A DNA stretch of 64,000 bases, taken from positions 21,146 to 85,145 of the forward strand of contig CAZKOX010000002.1 of assembly GCA_964554485.1 (NCBI GenBank), given 5' to 3'. Made by a program: the position numbers and the translations under genes. The notes under the pieces were generated by a model. It saw only the letters and a list, made by a program, of their open reading frames with translations, had not been told where the DNA came from and ran no database searches. Shown in pieces: positions 18,250 through 25,490 of the stretch. Numbering within the stretch: the stretch's first letter is position 1; every line of letters starts with the position of its first letter. The stretch comes from an uncultured Candidatus Saccharibacteria bacterium (GTDB lineage: Bacteria; Patescibacteriota; Saccharimonadia; Saccharimonadales; JAGQMS01).

Positions 18250-21183
18250 CTAAGGCACTCTAGGGTCCTTCCATCCCCCAGAGCCCGCTCCAGCATGTGC
18301 TGCTTGAAGTATGTCTCTGGCATTACCTGAGAGCTGTGCGTTTCTATCTTCAAATATTTTTCTAGCTAATGCAGCGTCCGTGGTTAGTAGCGCCTTAACA
18401 TCTGAGTCCATAAAATCTGCAGTACCTGACACGGGATCGTACTTGGTCTTAATATTCGAAAAGTCTGCACCACTCATTGTGACTAGTTTTTCGCGAACAG
18501 CCTCTAGCGGTGTTAGTTGGCGTTTGCCACCAGGTGCGGCAGGGTCATCAACAACCTTTCGACCAACTTTTCTAGTTGCCGGATCATACTGAAGTGTACC
18601 AGCGCTTAGGTTGCCGGCTTTTCCAGATGCAGAAGCCGCTGCGCCAATTATTACATTTGCATTCGTTGGGTCGTTTTTGAATGCTTCAGCAACTGCGTCA
18701 AAGTGCGCCGACCCAGCTTGACCGCTGCCTGCGAGCCTTAATAAGGCAGCAGCTTGCGAGTTCCTGTCGCCGAGATGTGATTTTGCAAGAGACTCGGCTC
18801 TCGAAACTACCTGTTCTGTTTTAGCCGAGTCAAACGCCTTACCACTCGCCAAGGCAGCGGCCCTTTCCTGAGTTCTATATGCATTTGCCCCACCCGCTGC
18901 AATAACTTTCAAGACATCACTGTCTCCCCCGACCGTTGATTCGAGCTCTTTATCCGCGGTAGCTCTTGCCGCTGAGCTGGCTGTACTGAACAAAGCACTT
19001 CTGCTCTTTCCGCTAAAGCCCCCCGCCCGAAGTCGTCGATATGAACCGAGTCGACCGCCAGCTAGTCCAGCTGCAAAATCCTGTGTGCGCCTTTGAGTTC
19101 TAATAGTATCCCTCTGTTTTTTAGCAAGCTCCTTACTGCTAAGGGCTTTTCTTTTGTCTAAGCCACCACGAGCTTTGTCGAAAAGACCCTTGCCCTTATT
19201 GTTGACCATGCCTGTCAGGTTGCTAAATACCCCGCCGGCGGCTTTGAAGAGTGCCGGCAAGAAGAAATATGGTGCGACGTATGCGATAAGCGATATAGAA
19301 AATGCTAAGAAGTGATCAATAGTACTTTCTTCGCCCGCCGCTGACTGAGAAGTAATATATGCAAATATTTTTCCGGCTGCAAGTAGCCCCATTATCATTG
19401 GGTACATCAACAGTAATTTATTTAATGTACCAGACCATAGCTTCCACATTTTCTGGGTGTTCGGAAGAATCCACATTGCAAATCCAAGAGGAGCCATAAT
19501 AACTAAGAAAACAATAACTGCTTGGCGAAGGGCGAGGACAAATATAGCCACCAAAAAGGCAAACAACGCCGTGAGGCCTACGCCAAGTAACCCAAATACT
19601 CCTCCACCTAAAATTTCAGCAGTCGCAAGTCCTAAGAATATTGTTCCTGAAGTTCCGCCGTCTCCCGAGCCACCAGATGCAATACCTGCCATATTTTGTA
19701 GGCTAAAGTCTTTCGCCGCTTGAAACGGTGTTAGCATTATTCCTGCAATTCCTTTTCCAAGATCGTTCATAATGTCTATGTAGGTAGTAACTAAGGCCCA
19801 AGACAGCCAAATTCCTATAGCTCCGATTACAAGCCGCGGCAAGACTTTCTTAAGAGCGTACGGGCTTATTAGGTCGGACCCAAGAGCGGTTGATATAACC
19901 ATTACTAACGCAACGGCCACCAATATACCAGACGAAAACCTGGCAACTACTCGCCATGCTTCTTGAAGGCTGTCGCGTGTTTCTTGAGTCCCGAGATCAA
20001 CGGTTAGTTGATTAGAGATTGCGCGTTCTGCCCATTCTATAAAATTATCGATTATTCCAAGAACTGGACATAAGATCCAAGCTAAGGAATTTCTGAGCCC
20101 AGAGTAACAGTCATCTTTAACATCAGACTTCTCTAGTGCTCCCGGAGGGGGCGTCAAGTCCGTATCTTCACTACTTCCAGGCGTGACGGTATGTCTTTCG
20201 GGATGAGCCAATATTAGTCGATCGCCTTTATACTCGATAATATCCTCGCTACTATCTGGTTTTCGCTTTATGCCGGTATCTGGATATAAACACTTCGGGA
20301 CCTCAGTGTCGTTGGTGGCAATTGCATAAGTGCTGGTGGTGCCAGTCCCTCGGAATATGCTTGCGTTCACCATAGTGGCGTAATCATAATCACCCGGAGT
20401 GATTACTAGGTATGCGGTGGCTTCGGTGCCACTAAAACAGGCATCAGTCGTAAAGAATTCATATGGCTTATTCCCGGTTGAATTCAAAGATTTACCTAAA
20501 TTTTGCCAACTGTCCTGGATACCTTTTAGAACCTCGTCGGTTGGTTTAAATAAAGCCGTGTTAGTTCTGTACGAAACAAGGGTGTCGCTATTCTTCCACT
20601 GATATGGAGCATTTAGCTTTTCTAAGTTTTTTCCACTTATGTCCTCCGGTACGTCTAAAATATAATGCTGCGAATCATCCGGCGAATCACCGCTGCCCTC
20701 AATGTCGGTTGCACCTGCGACAACACATGATCCTCCGGACGGGCTATCAAGGGGCTGCACTAGCTTAACGTTCATGTCTGTCGAATCATCATTAAGATAA
20801 ATTACTATAATTCCGACGCACTTGTTGTTTGGGTCACGTTCTAAATAATTTCCGCCTGCGGCATCTACGGGTCGATAGTAGAAATGGTTGCCGTTGCCGT
20901 TCCAAAGAAAGGTATAGTCTTCATTCTTTTTGGTTATAACATCGGTGGTTTGATATAGAGTGCCGGCAGTATTGTCTTTGATGGTGTATGGATCAACAAA
21001 AGTGAATCGCCCAGCCCAACTCGTTGATTTAATATTGTTTTCTGCACCATTGACGCTGCGCCAGACAGTAATGTCGTTTTTCTCTTTTGCGGCTTCTGCA
21101 GCTTGCGGAACTAATACCGCCAAACCAGCTAATGCATTTAGTATGACAACGACCGCGAATAGTAAAGATCTCACCCTTTTCAT
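18250..21183 (-). CDS. VirB6/TrbL-like polytopic T4SS channel protein with a large N-terminal ectodomain and an Ala/Gly-rich C-terminal tail
   Basis: 977 aa. Signal peptide (LLFAVVVILNALAGLAVLVPQAAEA), a soluble region of about 350 aa, at least 6 hydrophobic helices between residues about 385 and 650, then a tail of about 330 aa. First gene of the operon. Confidence 0.6.
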   Translation of the reverse strand: MKRVRSLLFAVVVILNALAGLAVLVPQAAEAAKEKNDITVWRSVNGAENNIKSTSWAGRFTFVDPYTIKDNTAGTLYQTTDVITKKNEDYTFLWNGNGNHFYYRPVDAAGGNYLERDPNNKCVGIIVIYLNDDSTDMNVKLVQPLDSPSGGSCVVAGATDIEGSGDSPDDSQHYILDVPEDISGKNLEKLNAPYQWKNSDTLVSYRTNTALFKPTDEVLKGIQDSWQNLGKSLNSTGNKPYEFFTTDACFSGTEATAYLVITPGDYDYATMVNASIFRGTGTTSTYAIATNDTEVPKCLYPDTGIKRKPDSSEDIIEYKGDRLILAHPERHTVTPGSSEDTDLTPPPGALEKSDVKDDCYSGLRNSLAWILCPVLGIIDNFIEWAERAISNQLTVDLGTQETRDSLQEAWRVVARFSSGILVAVALVMVISTALGSDLISPYALKKVLPRLVIGAIGIWLSWALVTTYIDIMNDLGKGIAGIMLTPFQAAKDFSLQNMAGIASGGSGDGGTSGTIFLGLATAEILGGGVFGLLGVGLTALFAFLVAIFVLALRQAVIVFLVIMAPLGFAMWILPNTQKMWKLWSGTLNKLLLMYPMIMGLLAAGKIFAYITSQSAAGEESTIDHFLAFSISLIAYVAPYFFLPALFKAAGGVFSNLTGMVNNKGKGLFDKARGGLDKRKALSSKELAKKQRDTIRTQRRTQDFAAGLAGGRLGSYRRLRAGGFSGKSRSALFSTASSAARATADKELESTVGGDSDVLKVIAAGGANAYRTQERAAALASGKAFDSAKTEQVVSRAESLAKSHLGDRNSQAAALLRLAGSGQAGSAHFDAVAEAFKNDPTNANVIIGAAASASGKAGNLSAGTLQYDPATRKVGRKVVDDPAAPGGKRQLTPLEAVREKLVTMSGADFSNIKTKYDPVSGTADFMDSDVKALLTTDAALARKIFEDRNAQLSGNARDILQAAHAGAGSGGWKDPRVP

Positions 21184-21197
21184 ATATTAAGTAGGAT

Positions 21198-21237
21198 TAT
21201 ACAGGAGTACTACCGCGCGTGGTAGTACTCCTGTATA
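21198..21237. promoter_or_regulatory. 17-bp perfect inverted repeat (6-nt spacer) in the divergent promoter region between the T4SS operon and the pilin array
   Basis: TATACAGGAGTACTACC gcgcgt GGTAGTACTCCTGTATA. The left arm reads TATAAT on the minus strand (21195-21200) and the right arm contains TATACT on the plus strand (21233-21238). A -10-like hexamer for each direction therefore sits in or abutting an arm. Confidence 0.6.
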
Positions 21238-21254
21238 CTGGCTTGCAGATAATA

Positions 21255-21635
21255 ATGAACAAAAAAGTATTTTCACTAATATTGTCAGGGTTCTTTGTAG
21301 CACAAATATTTTGTGGTTTTTGCCTACCTTCAGTCAGCGCCCAAAACGAAAATGGCAGCAGTACTGGCGGAACTGTAGTTTTTGAAACCGATGAAGATGG
21401 AAAGAAGGTGCAGGAGTATTTGCAGAGCGGCATTAACTTGCTAACCGGCCTGGCCGGGTTGGCAATAACTGCTTCAGTAATTATTGGCGGTATTCAATAT
21501 TCAACATCTGGCGGCAACCCTCAAGCAGCGTCGGCCGCCAAAAAACGTATTAGTAATGCTTTTTTAGCGCTTCTGGCTTTGGTTTTCTTATATACTTTCT
21601 TGCAATGGATAGTTCCAGGTGGAGTATTTGGTTAA
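21255..21635 (+). CDS. VirB2/TrbC-like T4SS pilin paralog 1
   Basis: Probable start is MNKKVFSLILSGFFVA (the track ORF starts at a GTG at 21219 inside the palindrome). Signal peptide, then two hydrophobic helices flanking IGGIQYSTSGGNPQAASAAKKRI. Confidence 0.7.
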   Translation: MNKKVFSLILSGFFVAQIFCGFCLPSVSAQNENGSSTGGTVVFETDEDGKKVQEYLQSGINLLTGLAGLAITASVIIGGIQYSTSGGNPQAASAAKKRISNAFLALLALVFLYTFLQWIVPGGVFG

Positions 21636-21639
21636 ATAT

Positions 21640-22128
21640 ATGAAGAAGATAATATTTACTTTAATGTTAGTAGTATCAGTTGCTGGGATATTTAATTTCC
21701 AGACTGCCAGTGCATCCCATGGCGTACCACCGACAGGTAATTGCAAAAAATCTTTTCTTGGTCTCCCGGCCTGGTACGAGTACCTCGAAGTAGATCCAGT
21801 CACCTGTAGTGTCAATGGGCCTCATGAAACCGTAGTTGACGACAAGAGTACGGCTGATACATCTGACGATACAAGCCACGATAGATTAGTAGTGTCGGCC
21901 ATAGTCACTCGAGTTGCGCTCGCAGTTATCGACATACTGATGCGGGTTGGCGGTATGGTGGCCTTTGGTTTTCTTGTCTATAGCGGTTTTAAATTTACCT
22001 TATCTCAGGGCAACTCTGATCAAGAAAAATCTGCCCGAGAAACAGCTATTAATGCCGTAATCGGCATGGTGATTACTATCTTTGCAATCGGCATCGTAAC
22101 CTTTATAGGAAATAGGATTTCATCGTGA
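21640..22128 (+). CDS. VirB2/TrbC-like T4SS pilin paralog 2 (divergent, longest variable region)
   Basis: Start MKKIIFTLMLVVSVAG (track start 21619). Cys pair (GNC..VTC). C-terminal two-helix core around YSGFKFTLSQGNSDQEKSARETAI. Confidence 0.6.
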   Translation: MKKIIFTLMLVVSVAGIFNFQTASASHGVPPTGNCKKSFLGLPAWYEYLEVDPVTCSVNGPHETVVDDKSTADTSDDTSHDRLVVSAIVTRVALAVIDILMRVGGMVAFGFLVYSGFKFTLSQGNSDQEKSARETAINAVIGMVITIFAIGIVTFIGNRISS

Positions 22129-22406
22129 ATATATTTGCCCAAATAATATTTAAGTACGAAGGCCCAAAAGCGCTTGAAGAGAGCGGCAAAGGCAGTACTT
22201 TAATGGCGATTTTATCTATTGCTTTTGGGGTACTTGGAGGCATTAGCCTGCTGGTAATAGTTATTTCAGGTATGCGATTAACATTATCGCGCGGTAATCC
22301 TGATGCTCTTGCGAAATTACGGAGCACAATTATCTATGCCGCGGTCGGTCTTGCTGTCGCGCTCAGCGCAACGGCGATTATTCAATTTGTAGTAAACAGA
22401 GTTTAA
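22125..22406 (+). CDS. VirB2/TrbC-like pilin paralog 3 (short form, no obvious signal peptide)
   Basis: 93 aa. GTG start overlaps the previous stop (GTGA). Core ISGMRLTLSRGNPDALAKLRSTIIYAAVGLAVALSATAIIQFVVNRV. Confidence 0.55.
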   Translation: MNIFAQIIFKYEGPKALEESGKGSTLMAILSIAFGVLGGISLLVIVISGMRLTLSRGNPDALAKLRSTIIYAAVGLAVALSATAIIQFVVNRV

Positions 22407-22409
22407 GAA

Positions 22410-22784
22410 ATGAAGAGATTAATAATATTTTTAACCGCAATTTTTTCGCTCTGCTTCCCTGTTGGCGTTTTGGCGGCAACTCCGAATGAATCAATTGATT
22501 GTAGCGGAGCTTCAAATTCTGTGTTCTGCCAAGAACGAAACGTCAGCGGTAACCCGCTATTTGGACAGAGCGGAGTATTAACTAAAGCCACTCAGGTTAT
22601 TGTCGTAATCACGGGACTAATATCGGTGTTTATTATGATCATCGCGGGCCTACGTTTTATAACTTCAGGCGGTGACCCTGGCAAGGTAGAGTCTGCAAAA
22701 AACGCTATTTTATATTCCTCTATCGGAATTGCTGTGGCGCTTTCTGCGCAAGCGATTGTGAGCCTGGTACTAAATAACTTATAA
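22410..22784 (+). CDS. VirB2/TrbC-like T4SS pilin paralog 4
   Basis: 124 aa. Signal peptide, Cys pair (DCSGASNSVFC), core AGLRFITSGGDPGKVESAKNAILYSSIGIAVALSAQAIV. Confidence 0.75.
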   Translation: MKRLIIFLTAIFSLCFPVGVLAATPNESIDCSGASNSVFCQERNVSGNPLFGQSGVLTKATQVIVVITGLISVFIMIIAGLRFITSGGDPGKVESAKNAILYSSIGIAVALSAQAIVSLVLNNL

Positions 22785-22794
22785 TGAAGGATAT

Positions 22795-23181
22795 ATGAAA
22801 AGATTATTTATTATTCTTGCCGTCGCCATGTCCTTGTTCGGCTTTGTGTTAGCGCCGACAACTACTGTGCTGGCTGATTCAAAAAATGATGTTTGTGATG
22901 GAGTCGGCGCGGCTTCTGGTGGTAGTGGTTGTACTCCAACGGACGGTGTTACAGACCTAAACAAGGTTATTAAAACCGCTATTCGAATTTTTGAATCTGT
23001 GGTTGGTATTATTGCACTTATCATGATGGTTACTGCCGGACTTCGTTTTGTAACATCTAGCGGTGACTCCGGAAAGGTAACTTCTGCAAGGAACACGCTA
23101 CTATACGCAGCTATCGGTATTGTTGTCGTAGCGCTTTCAGAAATAATTATTCAGTTTGTGCTAAACCGCGCGACTACTTGA
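22795..23181 (+). CDS. VirB2/TrbC-like T4SS pilin paralog 5
   Basis: 128 aa. Signal peptide, Cys pair (VCDGVGAASGGSGC), core AGLRFVTSSGDSGKVTSARNTLLYAAIGIVVVALSEIIIQFVLNR. Confidence 0.75.
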   Translation: MKRLFIILAVAMSLFGFVLAPTTTVLADSKNDVCDGVGAASGGSGCTPTDGVTDLNKVIKTAIRIFESVVGIIALIMMVTAGLRFVTSSGDSGKVTSARNTLLYAAIGIVVVALSEIIIQFVLNRATT

Positions 23182-23236
23182 GCAAACACCTTAAGGTATG
23201 GTATAAAATCAATATAAGAATCTAAAAAGGAATAAA

Positions 23237-23659
23237 ATGAAAAAACTAAAACTATTTTTTGTAAGCATCCTGGCGCTATTTAGCCTAAGCCCTGCACTAA
23301 TGCCAGTTATGGCATCGGCTACTTCTAGCGCCGATAATCTTGCATGCGGCGTATCTGGTGACATTGCCGGTACGACCCAATGTGATGCAACAGACACAAA
23401 AGATGCCGATAATCGAGTTAATGGCATTATTGCTGCAGCTATTCGTATCTTTCAGGTAGTTGTTGGTCTGATCTCGGTCATTATGATCATTATGGGTGGT
23501 CTTAAGTACATCACTTCTGGTGGCGATGCCTCAAGTGTTGGTAGTGCTAAGAATACTATTCTCTACGCAATGGTTGGTATCGTAGTTGTGGCGCTTGCTG
23601 AGATAATCGTACAATTTGTGCTAAATCGTGCATCTAATGCCGGCACCGGCACCTTCTAG
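23237..23659 (+). CDS. VirB2/TrbC-like T4SS pilin paralog 6
   Basis: 140 aa. Signal peptide, Cys pair (ACGVSGDIAGTTQC), core GGLKYITSGGDASSVGSAKNTILYAMVGIVVVALAEIIVQFVLNR. Confidence 0.75.
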   Translation: MKKLKLFFVSILALFSLSPALMPVMASATSSADNLACGVSGDIAGTTQCDATDTKDADNRVNGIIAAAIRIFQVVVGLISVIMIIMGGLKYITSGGDASSVGSAKNTILYAMVGIVVVALAEIIVQFVLNRASNAGTGTF

Positions 23660-23690
23660 TCCACGAATCCTGCGCCGTCAATCTAAAAGT

Positions 23691-23712
23691 CCCAGCCAAG
23701 CTGGGCTTTTTT
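23691..23712 (+). terminator. Intrinsic terminator after the pilin array
   Basis: CCCAGC caa GCTGGG followed by CTTTTTT. Confidence 0.6.
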
Positions 23713-23716
23713 GATG

Positions 23717-23846
23717 CCTCTTGGCTATTTTCAGTCTATTCGGTCCAGTACTCTCCGCTGTACAGCGGATCTACGTACATTCGTACGTCTCGTTCCGTCC
23801 TTCCCGAATATGCCGAAACTACCTCAAGCGCAGAATCCGTGGGGTG
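23717..23846. repeat. Intergenic structured repeat, copy A (core module only, with an extra CCGCTGTACAGCGG hairpin)
   Basis: Shares CTTGG(C/T)(C/T)ATTTTCAG .. GTCCAGTACTC .. ACGTAC-n-GTACGTC .. TCCGT(G/C)CTTCC .. CCGAAACT(G/-)ACCT(A/C)AG(C/T)GCA with copies at 26664-26819 and 48103-48260, all in the same orientation. Confidence 0.7.
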
Positions 23847-23863
23847 AAGTTCTTAAAACAAAT

Positions 23864-23891
23864 AAAAACTCCCGCGTGTGCGGGAGTTTTT
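23864..23891. terminator. Bidirectional intrinsic terminator (serves hsp20 on the minus strand)
   Basis: AAAAA CTCCCGC gtgt GCGGGAG TTTTT, with an A-run and a T-run on either side. Confidence 0.65.
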
Positions 23892-23906
23892 ATAATCAAG
23901 CTAGAT

Positions 23907-24401
23907 TTACTGAACTTGGATTTTTCGTACCGTGTCTTGCTTAACTTTAGTAAAGGTAATTGTAAGAACACCTTCTTTTAGTGAGGCGTCGATCTCATCT
24001 TCTTTAACTGGTACCGGCAAGGCTACGCTGCGGCTAAATTCACCCCAGTAGCATTCTTGCATGAAGTAATTCTGGACTGCTTCTTCTGTTCCGGCAGATA
24101 ATGTGCCGCGAATCGTTAGAGTGCCGTCTGAAAAGCTTACATCTAGGTCAGACTTGTTGACACCAGCAGTGCGTGCCTTCACAACCAACTTATCGGCTGT
24201 TTCATAAACATCTAAAGCTAGTTGTCCTGGTAGCTGCTGACCGTCGTCGTCCCAGTCGCTTTGGCTACTTGCAGCCGGAGCGTCGCCTGGTGATACAACT
24301 TCGTCCTCACCCAAAAATGCAGCACTAAGTTCTTCTTCTAGTAATAAATCATCGTTATCGTTGTCTCTTCGAGCCATAGTAGTTCCCCTCCACTTACTCA
24401 T
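23907..24401 (-). CDS. Hsp20/alpha-crystallin small heat-shock protein
   Basis: 164 aa. LALDVYETADKLVVKARTAGVNKSDLDVSFSDGTLTIRG and a C-terminal GVLTITFTK pattern. Confidence 0.85.
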   Translation of the reverse strand: MSKWRGTTMARRDNDNDDLLLEEELSAAFLGEDEVVSPGDAPAASSQSDWDDDGQQLPGQLALDVYETADKLVVKARTAGVNKSDLDVSFSDGTLTIRGTLSAGTEEAVQNYFMQECYWGEFSRSVALPVPVKEDEIDASLKEGVLTITFTKVKQDTVRKIQVQ

Positions 24402-24499
24402 TCAAATAAAATTTGATTTTTGTGTTAGCTGTATTATAGCTATGGTTGTACCCTGTTAGCAATCAAATCTATAGTTATTCACAACATAAGTTTTACAAC

Positions 24500-25165
24500 A
24501 TGCTATTACTTCATAAGATCATATCTGTTATTTCGCCAGAAACCTGTATTGTCTGCGACGACGAAGGTTGGCTATTATGTGACGCTTGCGCCTATTCAGA
24601 GGTACCTTTTGTCGCCTCAACTTGCTATTCTTGCGGCGAAATAACAAATAATTTTGCAACATGTAAGAAATGTCTGCGCAAATCTCCCCTTTCAAGCGTC
24701 TGGATAGTTACAAGATATGACGCTACTGCAAAGAAGCTTGTCGGAGAACTAAAATTTAATTCACGCCGCGGAGGTGCCGAGCCGATAGCAAGGCTATGCA
24801 ATAAAGTTTTGCCGCTACCAGACAATAGTCTTGTCACTCACCTTCCAACAAGTTCTTTTCATATTCGGCAGCGCGGTTTTGATCAATCAAAGTTAATAGC
24901 CAAAAAATTAGCTCATAGGAAGTACAATTATGCGCCGCTGCTGAGGCGAGTAAAAAAGATTCATCAAATCGGCGCTAACAAGAAGCAGCGTCAAGAACAG
25001 TTGGCCGGCGCTTTCGTAGCAGTGAACAAATATTTGATAAGAAATTCCAAGATATTGCTGGTTGATGACGTTGCTACCACTGGCGCGAGCCTAGAAGAAG
25101 CTGCGCGAACATTAAAAAAGGCTGGCGCTAAAGAAGTATCAGCGGTTGTCTTTGCCAGAACCTAG
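24500..25165 (+). CDS. comF: ComF-family protein (zinc-finger plus phosphoribosyltransferase domain)
   Basis: CIVCD..CDAC and CYSCG..CKKC cysteine pairs. C-terminal ILLVDDVATTGASL PRTase motif. The track ORF begins at a TTG at 24446; the ATG at 24500 is more plausible. Confidence 0.75.
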   Translation: MLLLHKIISVISPETCIVCDDEGWLLCDACAYSEVPFVASTCYSCGEITNNFATCKKCLRKSPLSSVWIVTRYDATAKKLVGELKFNSRRGGAEPIARLCNKVLPLPDNSLVTHLPTSSFHIRQRGFDQSKLIAKKLAHRKYNYAPLLRRVKKIHQIGANKKQRQEQLAGAFVAVNKYLIRNSKILLVDDVATTGASLEEAARTLKKAGAKEVSAVVFART

Positions 25166-25172
25166 AAGTAGT

Positions 25173-25340
25173 TGGCGGAAGAGGTGGGGTAATGCACATC
25201 AATCTGTGCGCCGAGCTTCTCGGGCAACAGACTGATGACCGAACCGCATTGGGTTCTAATCCCATTCTTTCAGTAGAAAGACTATGACCGATACCCTTTA
25301 GGTTCGGACATACTCTTCCTGGCGGAAGAGGTGGGGTTCG
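25173..25340 (-). repeat. Two tandem direct repeats of the tRNA-Ser(CGA) 3' end, bracketing a 147-nt tRNA-end-flanked segment
   Basis: TGGCGGAAGAGGTGGGGT at 25173-25190 (18 nt) and TGGCGGAAGAGGTGGGGTTCG at 25320-25340 (21 nt) are identical to tRNA positions 25491-25511. ACTCTTCC at 25312-25319 copies the tRNA 5' acceptor half. Confidence 0.7.
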
Positions 25341-25490
25341 CCTTTTTGACTTGAAGTCAAAAACCCCACGCTCCGCCGACCGGCGGATCTAGGGGCTTCG
25401 GGACCGGGGTTTGCTACAAGCAAACTCGTTCGAGCCCCTCATATTCATAATCCTCCATAGCTATGGTCTCAAGACCAAAGCTATGGAGGA

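Noticed and set aside
2310-21190. Many 60-200-aa ORFs antisense to or nested in long genes. Examples: 2310-2660(+), 11173-11478(+), 13546-13833(+), 15305-15682(+), 16746-17336(+), 17567-17875(+), 19457-19723(+), 20960-21190(+).
   Set aside because: They are shadow ORFs of the much longer, motif-bearing genes on the opposite strand or in another frame. None has a recognisable motif or RBS. The same applies elsewhere, for example 30554-30964(+), 38112-38603(+), 38383-38655(-), 40372-41139(-), 62376-62948(-) and 63468-63977(-).
25173-25490. The possibility that the two segments downstream of tRNA-Ser(CGA) are additional functional tRNAs, or a tRNA with an intron.
   Set aside because: Neither segment can be folded into a cloverleaf. 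The 147-nt unit has matching acceptor halves but no T stem or anticodon arm of normal geometry. The other unit has a 21-nt insertion inside the T loop and no 5' acceptor half.
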